Of a stretch of DNA of 64,000 bases, positions 35,686-44,778 are shown piece by piece. Made by a program: the position numbers and the translations under genes. The notes beneath the pieces are model-generated. The model saw only the letters and a program-made list of their open reading frames with translations, made no database searches and was not told where the DNA came from. The DNA is taken from the NCBI GenBank assembly GCA_025356475.1, contig JANXSX010000158.1, forward strand, positions 3,882 to 67,881, in the 5' to 3' direction. The number at the start of each line of letters is the position of its first letter. The first letter of the stretch is position 1. This DNA is from Isosphaeraceae bacterium. Its GTDB lineage: Bacteria > Planctomycetota > Planctomycetia > Isosphaerales > Isosphaeraceae.

Positions 35686-37317
35686 TCAGGCGTTCAACCG
35701 TTGCGGGACAGTTCTCCCCTTCTCGGCGGTTGCTTCCTCGTGATATTCGGCATCGGTATTCACGCACCAGGGGTCGAATGGACCTTGGCCGAGGATATTT
35801 CTTGCCGCCAAGAGCGCAGTCATCATCGAATGATCTTGATTGTTATACTTGTGCATCCCGTTCCGACCGGCGAGCGTCAGGTTCTTGAGTCCGGCCAACC
35901 AATCTCTCACGGTCTGGACATGCCGTTGGTAGGCATCGTCGTAAACCGGATAGGCCTTAGGCATCCGGACCACACAGCCATCGATCACGTCGCCCGCCTT
36001 TACCAGGCCGATTTGATCGATCTCTCGACGTCCGAGAGCGATCAGGTCGGCGTCGGCCATTTGCCAGAGATCGTCCCCTTCGAAGCAGAAGTATTCCAGG
36101 CCCAAGCTCGTTTTCGAGGAGTCCGGCACCAGGTCTGGCGACCAATTCTTGAAGTTCTGGATACGGCCGAGTTTAACGTCGGGCTCGTGGATATAGATCC
36201 AGTTGTCGGGAAAGGTCTCTGCCTTGTCCACGATCAAGACCACAGTGAGGAAGTCGCGGTATTTGAGCGAATTTGCCGCGTCAATCACGTCTTGAGGGGC
36301 GGGTGGGTCCATGGCCTGGATCAGAGCCCGGATCGGGAGCGTCGAAAGGAAGTTCTCACCTTGGTAGCGGACGAGCCGACCTTGTCCATCTCGAGCCAGC
36401 ATGGAAGTCACCTGCTCGCCCTCGTGCTCGATCTTGATCACTTGCTTATCGAGGTGGACCGAGCCTCCCTGGCGGCGAATGTGGTCACGAGCGACTTCCC
36501 ACATCTGGCCTGGTCCCAGACGAGGGTACTGAAAGCTATCGATCAGTGTCTTGATCACTTCGCCTTTTTTACCGCTTCGTTTGCCGAAGAAGGCATTCCA
36601 AACCGCACCAACAAGGCTGAGCCCTTTGATCCGCTGAGCGGCCCAATCGGCGGAGATCTCGTTGGTCGGCATCCCCCAGACCTTCTCGGTGTAGGTCTTA
36701 AAGAAAATTTCGAACAGAAGCCGACCGAACCGGTTGACAGTCCAATCCTCGAAGCTTCGCTCGGGGGCGATCGGTTTTAGCCGGACTTTCACATAGCTCG
36801 CAACGATCCGCAACGCGGTGAATGGGCCGAGTTGCGTGAGTGCATTGACTGGTTTGAGCGGATAGTGGAAGAATCGACGATTGTAGTAAATCCTGCTCAT
36901 TCGAGACCGAGTGATTAACTGATCCCCAAGGATTTCTCGCCAGATTCGGTTGACCTCGTCGCTCTTGCTAAAGAAACGATGGCCGCCAATATCGAACCGA
37001 TAGCCCTTGTACTCATCGGTCCGACTGATTCCGCCGACTAGCTTTGGGTCCGCTTCGAGCACAACGCACGATCGACCATGCTTTGTGAGTTCATAAGCCG
37101 CTGTCAGGCCGGCGGGACCTCCACCGGCGATGACTGTCGCGTGCGAGGCGACGACTCCAACCTCGCTATGCTCTTCAACCCGGGTCCAGCGGTGCGGAGG
37201 CAAGGGGTGGCCTTGACCTGTGCGGATGGACTCAGGGCGACTCGATTCGATGCCCATCCTGGGGCTCTCCCTCTGTCCATCCATCCGTGGCGGATTCGTG
37301 AGAACTCGACCAGTCAA
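35686..37317 (-). CDS. FAD/NAD(P)-binding oxidoreductase (amine-oxidase / desaturase-like fold)
   Basis: The dinucleotide-binding motif VIAGGGPAGLTAAYEL is followed by VLEA. The long C-terminal domain ends in GRNGMHKYNNQDHSMMTA. The N-terminal roughly 60 aa may not be translated, so the start is uncertain. Confidence 0.8.
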   Translation of the reverse strand: MTGRVLTNPPRMDGQRESPRMGIESSRPESIRTGQGHPLPPHRWTRVEEHSEVGVVASHATVIAGGGPAGLTAAYELTKHGRSCVVLEADPKLVGGISRTDEYKGYRFDIGGHRFFSKSDEVNRIWREILGDQLITRSRMSRIYYNRRFFHYPLKPVNALTQLGPFTALRIVASYVKVRLKPIAPERSFEDWTVNRFGRLLFEIFFKTYTEKVWGMPTNEISADWAAQRIKGLSLVGAVWNAFFGKRSGKKGEVIKTLIDSFQYPRLGPGQMWEVARDHIRRQGGSVHLDKQVIKIEHEGEQVTSMLARDGQGRLVRYQGENFLSTLPIRALIQAMDPPAPQDVIDAANSLKYRDFLTVVLIVDKAETFPDNWIYIHEPDVKLGRIQNFKNWSPDLVPDSSKTSLGLEYFCFEGDDLWQMADADLIALGRREIDQIGLVKAGDVIDGCVVRMPKAYPVYDDAYQRHVQTVRDWLAGLKNLTLAGRNGMHKYNNQDHSMMTALLAARNILGQGPFDPWCVNTDAEYHEEATAEKGRTVPQRLNA

Positions 37318-37389
37318 TCATGATCGATCAAGCCATAACGAATATCGGCAATCTGCGCACAGGAGTTGTGTCAGAAATGCGGATGATGG

Positions 37390-37845
37390 TCAACCCCGCC
37401 CTGACTCGGCTTCGGCGGCTTGCTTAAGGCTCTTAAACATTTTGTCAAGCTGTCTGCCACCCATGATCGTGAAGAGGGGCGAGAGGAGTTTGTGAAACCA
37501 GCCTTGAATCTCCATTTTCGCCTCATATTCCAAACGACATGAACCCCCAAGATCGGTGAGACGATAATCGACATACATGACCATATTGCCCAAATTGCCG
37601 CCTGACATCGTAATCGCAACGTGTCGGGGAGGGTCATAGCTTATAGTTTCGACCCTGTACTCCCTAACGTTCGACCCTTCCCTCATGGTCATCATCGTGA
37701 CGTTTCCCACCCCGTCGGGCGAATCGTCTAAAGATTTTTCCGAGACGAGGCCCTTCATCCATGCCTTATGCTTCTCGGCGAGGTGGATGTAGGAAAAGAC
37801 GACCTCAGGGGGTGCCTGAAAGTCACATGTGCGAGTCATCCGCAT
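37390..37845 (-). CDS. SRPBCC (START/polyketide-cyclase-like) family protein
   Basis: The size and pattern fit the family: TRTCDFQAPPEVVFSYIHLAEKHKAWMKGL. The track ORF extends to 37959, and I prefer the ATG at 37845. Confidence 0.55.
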   Translation of the reverse strand: MRMTRTCDFQAPPEVVFSYIHLAEKHKAWMKGLVSEKSLDDSPDGVGNVTMMTMREGSNVREYRVETISYDPPRHVAITMSGGNLGNMVMYVDYRLTDLGGSCRLEYEAKMEIQGWFHKLLSPLFTIMGGRQLDKMFKSLKQAAEAESGRG

Positions 37846-37978
37846 AAAGTCACACCCCCATTCATGCCAATCACGAACGCCACCCAAGTAGCTTACTCGG
37901 GCGGTGTGTGTGGAGAAAGGGGCGACCATTATCTGGCGGAGTCCAACGACCCTGGCCAAAAGTCCCCCTAATAGTGTC

Positions 37979-40219
37979 TCACTTTTTCGCCAAATTCACT
38001 TGATAGACCTTGCCGTCGAGATTTACAACAACTTCATCCTCAAAGGTCAAGAACTGGTTGTTGGTCGCCGACTGCGAACGAGCCAGCGTGAAATAGGCTT
38101 CGGAAAACTGTTCGACAACAATCGCCTTGGCCTCCTCGTCAGCCTTCACGTCAACGTCGATCCATCGATTATTCCTCTTGAAGAAGGTCTTGGCTCCGAC
38201 CTGTCGAACCGTGGGCTGAATCGGACCTCCACCATTTGGCGATGTCATCATCCCTCCCTTCGTCACCGGTCCCGCAGCCATCATTCCCCCTGATCCTGAA
38301 CCTTGAAGTCCGTATCGGGTTGAGCCACCGCTTGAAATTGAGGAAGGAGCTGCATTCTGAGCTTGGTTGAATGACTGCTTGATTCCTCGTTGTGAGACCC
38401 CGTCCCGACCTGAGACAACCGAGAGCCGACTAAGGCTCTCCATTGCCCGGCCTCGATTGTCTGCCTTGGCATGAAGATTCACGGTTTCATCGGCAAGGAA
38501 TGAGGTATAGGGAGTCAGGATTCCGTGCTTGGTGGAAAGAGCCACCAGTTCATCAGTCAACTCCTTATTATTCCCTTGCAGGTCGATCTGGTCGATGATG
38601 TCGCCGATCCGTCGGATGGCCCAGAGCTTCTCGACAAATTGATAGCCTGACGACCGATCCGAGCTCGCGAGTTCGGCGGGAAACTCAAACGAACGGGTCT
38701 CGGTGCCGACCTTCCCAGCCAGCCGGAGCTTGGTCTGACCCGACTGGCGGTATCGACCAACCCAGACGACCTGACCCCCATCGAAGAGGTCAGGGATATC
38801 GCGAGGGTACGTACGGTTGAGATCGGTTCCAGAAAGTTCAACCTTCAAGTCGGCAAGGGCCGGCGAGGTCAGCTTGGCCGAGAACCGACCGAGCGACCGC
38901 TCGAGATCCTCGTCGGGTTTGACGTATTCCGAGACCCCGGCGTTGCCGCCGCTCAGCCTATCGAGAAGTCGAGCGTTAACGTCAAACCCAACCCCGAAAG
39001 CGAAGAGTCTTGCCTTGTATCGGTTCGCATCTTTTGCATTCTTGGCAATTGCAATCTCCCGCAACTCGCCGGCGGTCGGTAAACCATCGGTCAAAAAGAG
39101 AACATAGTTGGGGCGATCATTGTTCGAGAGCATGCCCAAGGCCGTTTTCAAAGCCCCGTCGATGTTGGTGCTGCCCCCTTCTCGGATGTTGGCGACATAC
39201 CGTTGGGCCTCAGCACGCGATTCGCTGGAGTAACGCTGGAGTTCGGGCTTGAAGGACTCGATTCGGTCGTCGTAAACAACAATGTTGAACAGGTCATCAT
39301 CGCGAAGGTTGTTCAGTAGTCCAACCAGAGCGTTTCGCGCCTGTTCGATCTTCTTGCCTGACATCGAGCCCGACCGGTCGAGCACGAACACAACCGTTTT
39401 GGAACGGGGACGGGCATCGCTGGCCTTGACCTCCGGACTCGCCAGCACGAGGAAGTAACCATCCTCACTCGACTCAGGCCGGTAGCTTAGAACCGTCGCA
39501 CCAAGGGCACCCTCGGAAAGGGTATAAACGAGCCGGAAGTCCTTGTCGGGCCTTATGTCGCGACGTTCATACGTGACGATCACTTCATGGTCGTCACGCT
39601 TGCGAATCTCCGCGTCATCGGTCGGGCAATAGACGCTTTTGATCGGCTCCTTCGAGCGGATCTCAAGGTTGAGTTTGAGTTTTCCAACAGGCTTGGCAGT
39701 GAACTTTTGGGTCCCGAAGGGATAAACAAACTCAATCACCTCGTGGTTGCGTTTGCAGAGCTGGGTGTATCGCAAGGTCACCTTACGATCAGCACCAGGA
39801 GGGATCGGAAAGACGCTGGTTCGATACAGGCCCCGACCCATATATTCGACGAGGGCCGGGTCGCGCCGGGAGCGGACGATCTCCTCGTAGATCTTGCGAG
39901 CTTCGTCTTTCGGGAGCAGTCGGCCTGGCATTTCCTTGCCATCGACCATGAGAACCATGTTTTCGATCGCCCCTTCTTCGGGAAGGGGGAAGAGGTATTC
40001 GGCCTCGATCGTACCGGAACCTGAGTTGTGGAATGTCTGCGAGACGCGTACCTCAGCAACCTGGTCGCGGAGTTGGGCATCGACCATAACCTCGCGGATC
40101 TCGTAGTTGCGACCGGGTGGGGCGGTCGGTCGCCGATCGATGATCAGCCCCTGAGCGCTCAGATCGGGCGTCAAACTCAGCGCAACCAAACCGAGCCAGA
40201 TGCCCTGATGAATCTTCAT
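37979..40219 (-). CDS. Secreted VIT domain + von Willebrand factor A domain protein
   Basis: It has a signal peptide. The VIT pattern is VSQTFHNSGSGTIEAEYLFPLPEEGAIENMVLMVDGKEMPG. The vWA MIDAS is VVFVLDRSGSMSGKKIEQARNAL, GGSTNIDGAL and FLTDGLPT. Confidence 0.88.
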   Translation of the reverse strand: MKIHQGIWLGLVALSLTPDLSAQGLIIDRRPTAPPGRNYEIREVMVDAQLRDQVAEVRVSQTFHNSGSGTIEAEYLFPLPEEGAIENMVLMVDGKEMPGRLLPKDEARKIYEEIVRSRRDPALVEYMGRGLYRTSVFPIPPGADRKVTLRYTQLCKRNHEVIEFVYPFGTQKFTAKPVGKLKLNLEIRSKEPIKSVYCPTDDAEIRKRDDHEVIVTYERRDIRPDKDFRLVYTLSEGALGATVLSYRPESSEDGYFLVLASPEVKASDARPRSKTVVFVLDRSGSMSGKKIEQARNALVGLLNNLRDDDLFNIVVYDDRIESFKPELQRYSSESRAEAQRYVANIREGGSTNIDGALKTALGMLSNNDRPNYVLFLTDGLPTAGELREIAIAKNAKDANRYKARLFAFGVGFDVNARLLDRLSGGNAGVSEYVKPDEDLERSLGRFSAKLTSPALADLKVELSGTDLNRTYPRDIPDLFDGGQVVWVGRYRQSGQTKLRLAGKVGTETRSFEFPAELASSDRSSGYQFVEKLWAIRRIGDIIDQIDLQGNNKELTDELVALSTKHGILTPYTSFLADETVNLHAKADNRGRAMESLSRLSVVSGRDGVSQRGIKQSFNQAQNAAPSSISSGGSTRYGLQGSGSGGMMAAGPVTKGGMMTSPNGGGPIQPTVRQVGAKTFFKRNNRWIDVDVKADEEAKAIVVEQFSEAYFTLARSQSATNNQFLTFEDEVVVNLDGKVYQVNLAKK

Positions 40220-40518
40220 CGGTGACCCTCCGTTGGAAGAGCGGAGCGAGTCGAGTGGACTCGCGTCCTTGTCTCTCTTTCAAGGTTAACGCATCAGAGC
40301 ACCAAATCTTGGGAGAAGTTTTCGAAGGCAGCGAAAATCCTTGCGCTTCGGGGTCGGGCTTGAGGTGGTTGGCAGGTCAGATGCTTCGAACAAAAAGTTG
40401 CCCTGGGAACGATCGGTCAGATCGCGCCCAGGGCAAATCGGCATTTCTATCGATTTTATGGCGTGTTGGAACACACGCCCGGAAGGGCCGAACTGGCCAA
40501 CGGCTTCCTCAAGCTCGA

Positions 40519-42729
40519 TCAATAACGCTTCTTGGTCGGCAACTGAGCCACCAAGGTCGCGGTGTAATCAGAGCCTGGCCCGTTGACGGTCAAAGCGTTC
40601 AGGGCAGTGCCGTTGGCATCGGTCACGCCCCCCGCTCCGGCATTGATCCGGAACTGGAACAGTTGATTGGACCTAAGTCCAGCTCCAATTGTGAGATCGG
40701 CGACGTGTGTACCGGCGGTATAAACGACGGATGTCACAGGGAACGTTCGTCCCATCACGTATTTCCGACCGACACGGCCCCCTGGCAGACTCAGCGTATA
40801 GTTCCCTGGATTCTGAGCCGGACCTTGGGCAACGTCTCCATCAAATGTGAGCTTTAGTCCCTGAACGCGACCTCGGCTGATCTTGGCACTGACACCGGAA
40901 ACATGGCGTGTCGAGAAGCTGCTGGTCGCCAGGATTGGGGTCGCGACGACCACGACCGGGGTCGTCGTGATGAACTTTGGTGGGGTCGGAGCGGGTGCGG
41001 GGGTCGGCGTGATTGGCGTCGGTGTTGTCGGAGTCGGCGTGGGCGTCGGAGTCGGTGCCGGTGCCGTTACAATCGGGGTGGGAGGCGGGGTGATCACAAC
41101 GGGAGGTGTCGGGGCGGCGACTTGTACGTAGAAGATCTTCGAGTCGCTGAGAGCTGGCACCCCGTTATCGGTCACATTGACGACAAATGCCAATTTCGCG
41201 GGGCCAGCCGTGGGAGTAAACCGGATCTGGCCGGTGTCGGGGTTGATGGTCGCCGCCCCAGGGCTGCCGGGCGCGAGTGAGTAATGGAGAAGTTGTCCAT
41301 TATCTGCGTCAGTCGCGTGCGCCTGAGCCGTGAAGAGTTGCCCAATTGTGGCTGTTCCGTCCGGAGGTGTATCGAGTTTGGGGGCCTGATTCGGACTCGA
41401 GTCGGCGATCAGGAGTGGTACAACCGCGTTAGAGCCCAGGGTTGCTCCCATGCTCGGGCCGGTCAAGACCAGGGAAATCGCCCGGTATCCCAGATTCTTG
41501 CCATCGTCGGCCACCGGAACTGTGAAGGTCATGGAAGTCTGTCCCGGGGCAAATGTCAGTGTCCCACTGGTTGGCGTATAGTTCACACTTGGCTGGGCAG
41601 AACCGACGAATCCGATCGGATTGGCGACCGAGTCGGACGTTTTGTAACCAACAGTGTCCGTGCCTGTGGTCGCTCCGACTCGGGTCACAGTAATCGTAGC
41701 AACGCCTGCATTTCCAGGTACGACATAAGTCGGCCGGGCGATACTCGGATACACGGCCGGTGTCGGAAGTGGGCTCGCACTCGTCCCGGCGAACTGGAAT
41801 TTCGCCGGAACCTGGACATTCCAGCCGGTATCGCTGAGGCTTGCATAGTCGAGCGAACTGAGGGCGATCCGCGAACCCGTGGTCAAGGCACTGCTTACGC
41901 CAGCACTCGAATCGAGCAAGTCGCGAGAGCCGTCGGAGACGACATCGTTCTTGAAGCTGAATCCTTCCGGCCCGATTGGGACAGGAAGACCCCCGTTCGC
42001 TGCTTTGGTCGCGGGGCCGGCGTAGACTCCGTGGATCTGGTCGGGGGTCTCAAGTCCTGCGACGAATCGCTGCCAGCTCGGCGCGGTTCCAACTCCTAAG
42101 ACATGGGTTAACTCTCGAGTCGCGATCGTGGTGAAATCGACGTTTCCGGCCGCGATGGAGTCAGGCCCCCCCCCAAACGACCACTTGGTGCTCGATGTAT
42201 CGAACGAGATCGAGCCTCCCCAAGGGGCGAACGATGTGGGAGCAATGCCGGTTGCACCGACTTTGCCTCGTCCAGCAACCAGGTCCTTCCATGTTTGGTC
42301 GCCGAGTGCCGTGGATGTTGCGGGCGAGCTGGTTGCATAGGTGTTGCCCGAGAGTCCACGTCCACCTGCGTACACGATGATCGTGTTGTTCGCGACGTTG
42401 AGGTCGTTGATCCGTTTCACCCCGCCCGTCGAGGGGTCGAGGATGGTCCCTGTCCAGCTCTTGCCGGTGGCGGGAGTGATCGCGGCCAGCGAGTCGTTCA
42501 GTGAACTGGCCACATTGTTGGCGACTTGTTGAAGAGCGTCGCGCTTCGCCTGAGTGTTGAAAAACCCGGTCGTGTCGAAGTCGTAGCGAACGTCGATTGT
42601 GACGCTGAGAACCTCACGGGTTTCGAGACGGAGCAGGTCGGGACGAAGGGTCCGCTTGGCGCGACGAACCTGGGATTCGTCGCGTCCATTACCAGTCAGC
42701 CATCGTGTCATCGCCGTGTTCATGGTCAT
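40519..42729 (-). CDS. Large secreted/surface protein with Calx-beta-like and cadherin/Ig-like segments and a Pro/Thr linker
   Basis: The Calx-beta-like segment is ATITVTRVGATTGTDTVGYKTSD...YTPTSGTLTFAPGQTSMTFTVPVADDG. The cadherin-like segment is ATDADNGQLLHYSLAPGSPGAATINPDTGQIRFTP. The P/T linker is PAPTPTPTPTPTTPTPITPTPAPAPTP. Confidence 0.7.
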   Translation of the reverse strand: MTMNTAMTRWLTGNGRDESQVRRAKRTLRPDLLRLETREVLSVTIDVRYDFDTTGFFNTQAKRDALQQVANNVASSLNDSLAAITPATGKSWTGTILDPSTGGVKRINDLNVANNTIIVYAGGRGLSGNTYATSSPATSTALGDQTWKDLVAGRGKVGATGIAPTSFAPWGGSISFDTSSTKWSFGGGPDSIAAGNVDFTTIATRELTHVLGVGTAPSWQRFVAGLETPDQIHGVYAGPATKAANGGLPVPIGPEGFSFKNDVVSDGSRDLLDSSAGVSSALTTGSRIALSSLDYASLSDTGWNVQVPAKFQFAGTSASPLPTPAVYPSIARPTYVVPGNAGVATITVTRVGATTGTDTVGYKTSDSVANPIGFVGSAQPSVNYTPTSGTLTFAPGQTSMTFTVPVADDGKNLGYRAISLVLTGPSMGATLGSNAVVPLLIADSSPNQAPKLDTPPDGTATIGQLFTAQAHATDADNGQLLHYSLAPGSPGAATINPDTGQIRFTPTAGPAKLAFVVNVTDNGVPALSDSKIFYVQVAAPTPPVVITPPPTPIVTAPAPTPTPTPTPTTPTPITPTPAPAPTPPKFITTTPVVVVATPILATSSFSTRHVSGVSAKISRGRVQGLKLTFDGDVAQGPAQNPGNYTLSLPGGRVGRKYVMGRTFPVTSVVYTAGTHVADLTIGAGLRSNQLFQFRINAGAGGVTDANGTALNALTVNGPGSDYTATLVAQLPTKKRY
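40976..41112 (-). repeat. Low-complexity Pro/Thr-rich coding tract within the 736-aa surface protein
   Basis: The minus-strand translation is PTPPVVITPPPTPIVTAPAPTPTPTPTPTTPTPITPTPAPAPTPPKF. The DNA shows imperfect ACN-CCN periodicity. Confidence 0.85.
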
Positions 42730-43070
42730 TCCTCGCGGTCAAGCCGATATGCCCGACCAGTTCAGCCGTTAGAATCGATCTGATCTTTACAATCGGCAAA
42801 CTCACGACGTGCGCTCACTCTAGCGTTGCAAGTTCTCAGCGGATTAGAATAAAGCCGTTGCAGGAGCGAAGATCCGGCAAGAGAATTACACCGGCTCCCC
42901 AGGACGGCCTGGACCGAGTCGATCTCGCCTTGATTGCCAAGCTTGCCAGGTCGGGTTCAACGGCAATGCGATCAACCATAGTTTCTGGGCTCGATATCGA
43001 GCGAAGACTGCCTCTCTCTGATTAAGGGTAAACGCATCGCACCGGGCCGCAAATTTCGGGAGAGCACGAC

Positions 43071-44741
43071 GTGAGCGACAGCTTGAAGCGGGTCTATGGG
43101 ATCGACCTGGGGACGACCTACTCAGCCATTGCTTATGTCGACGAGCACGGCAAACCTGTCATCGTCCCCAACCAAGAGAGCGAGCGAATCACCCCCTCGG
43201 TCGTTCTGTTCGACGGCGAGAACATCATTGTCGGCAATACCGCCAAAGAAAGCGCAAAAGTCGAAGCGGATCGAGTGATCGGTCGCGTCAAGCAGCAGAT
43301 GGGCGACCCTAACTTCGTATTCGAGCACGACGGCCAGGCCTATTCACCCGAGGATATCAGCTCATTTATCCTCCGGAAGGTTGTTGGTGACGCTCAGATT
43401 GCGCTTGCACTCGATGAGCCGATCACGGATGTCGTCATTACGTGCCCTGCTTATTTCGGCACGGACGAGCGTGAAGCGACGGCGAATGCCGGGCGTCTTG
43501 CCGGGTTGAATGTCCGCGCCATCCTGAACGAACCAACCGCCGCCGCCATCGCTTACGGGCTCGAACAAGGTGAAGACCAGACGGTGCTGGTTTATGACCT
43601 TGGCGGTGGTACTTTTGACGTGACCATGATCGAGATCAAGAATCGCCTGATCCGGGTCGTCTGCACGGGAGGCGATCATCGGCTCGGCGGAGCACTCTGG
43701 GACGAGGCGATCGTCGTTCACCTTGCAGAAGACTTTCGGACCCAGACCGGGCTCGAATCCGACCCGATGGACGACCCCGAGGTCCTCAACGACCTCTTCC
43801 TCCAAGCCGAGCGCGGTAAGAAGACCCTCTCCCAGCGCGAGAAAGCCCCCTTCCGAGTCACCCATTCCGGCCAACAAGCACGGGTGGAACTCGATCGCCC
43901 CAAGTTCGATGAGATTACTAAGCACCTGCTCGATCGGACCGTGGAACTGACGCGAGAGATGCTGGCGGATGCAGCCGCTAAGGGAGTCACGAAGTTCGAC
44001 AAGATCATCCTCGTTGGTGGAGCGACGCGGATGCCGCAGGTCCGCGACCGACTCGTCGCCGAGTTCGGTGGCGACCCCGAAAGCTACGATCCTGACGAAG
44101 CAGTGGCCAAAGGAGCTGCGCTTTATGGGCTCAAAGAGTCGCTCCAAGATGAGGTCATGGCTGTTCTGACTCCGACCAACCCGAACGCGGAAGGGGCAGG
44201 AGGAGTGCTCGATCTCGCTGCCGTCAGCGAGGCCGAAGTCTCTGCGGCGCTCGACAAGATCGAACGCGAGATCGGCTTCACCCTCACCGGACCGGTTCGG
44301 GAGTTGGTCAGTACTCGGATCGTCAATGTTCTCTCAAAGAGTCTTGGTGTCATCGCTAAAGACGATGCGAACAAGTCCGTTGTTGTTTATCTGCTCAAAC
44401 GCAACGGCGAGGTTCCCATGGAGCACTCGGCGGAATTCGGCACCGATTCCGCGAATCAGGCAGGGGTCGACATTCAAGTCATGGCGGGCGAGCGGGATAG
44501 CACCGAGCCCACCGATTGTAAAGATGTCGGCACGGCGACCCTCAACCTGCCGACGGGACTCCCCATGCGGAGCCCGATCAGGGTCAAGTTCTCCATCAGT
44601 AAAGACGGTCGACTGAGTGTGACTGCGACGGATTTGACGGGTGGTGGCTCGATCGATGTCGAGTTTGAAACCGAAGCCGTGATGAACGCAGATGATGTCT
44701 CCGAACGCTCAAGCTCACTTCGGCTCCTGAACGTCTCGTAA
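43071..44741 (+). CDS. Non-canonical Hsp70-family ATPase, lidless (556 aa)
   Basis: It has a GTG start. All NBD motifs are present: YGIDLGTTYSAIA, NEPTAAAIAYG, VYDLGGGTFDVT, IILVGGATRMPQV and DPDEAVAKGAALYG. A beta-sandwich substrate-binding region follows (DIQVMAGERD...IRVKFSISKDGRLSVTATD). There is no helical lid and no EEVD tail. Confidence 0.9.
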   Translation: MSDSLKRVYGIDLGTTYSAIAYVDEHGKPVIVPNQESERITPSVVLFDGENIIVGNTAKESAKVEADRVIGRVKQQMGDPNFVFEHDGQAYSPEDISSFILRKVVGDAQIALALDEPITDVVITCPAYFGTDEREATANAGRLAGLNVRAILNEPTAAAIAYGLEQGEDQTVLVYDLGGGTFDVTMIEIKNRLIRVVCTGGDHRLGGALWDEAIVVHLAEDFRTQTGLESDPMDDPEVLNDLFLQAERGKKTLSQREKAPFRVTHSGQQARVELDRPKFDEITKHLLDRTVELTREMLADAAAKGVTKFDKIILVGGATRMPQVRDRLVAEFGGDPESYDPDEAVAKGAALYGLKESLQDEVMAVLTPTNPNAEGAGGVLDLAAVSEAEVSAALDKIEREIGFTLTGPVRELVSTRIVNVLSKSLGVIAKDDANKSVVVYLLKRNGEVPMEHSAEFGTDSANQAGVDIQVMAGERDSTEPTDCKDVGTATLNLPTGLPMRSPIRVKFSISKDGRLSVTATDLTGGGSIDVEFETEAVMNADDVSERSSSLRLLNVS

Positions 44742-44778
44742 AGCGACTTGAAGAGATTGTTCAAAAGGAGTTGTGCTC

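Noticed and set aside
35671-36780. 369-aa plus-strand ORF
   Set aside because: It is entirely antisense to the FAD-oxidoreductase gene (35686..37317), which has a clear GxGxxG motif. The sequence is low in complexity and rich in Arg, Pro, Val and His with no motifs. This is a typical GC-rich shadow ORF.
40976-41112. Periodic GGN/GTN-rich DNA that resembles a tandem repeat locus
   Set aside because: It is the coding sequence of a Pro/Thr linker in the opposite-strand gene. The units are imperfect, so it is not a discrete non-coding tandem repeat or CRISPR-like array.
41284-42099. 271-aa plus-strand ORF, plus the Gly/Val-rich ORFs at 40883..41280
   Set aside because: They are antisense to the 736-aa surface protein gene. 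The Gly/Val/Arg runs are simply the reverse-complement reading of its Pro/Thr codons.
42705-43025. 106-aa plus-strand ORF in the divergent intergenic region upstream of the Hsp70 operon
   Set aside because: It begins inside the 5' end of the opposite-strand gene, has no motif, and is Ser/Arg-rich. I treated the region as non-coding. Two TAGAAT hexamers lie at about 42768 and about 42845, but I found no properly spaced -35 boxes, so I called no promoter.
43362-44147. 261-aa minus-strand ORF
   Set aside because: It is antisense to the first Hsp70 gene, whose motifs are unambiguous.
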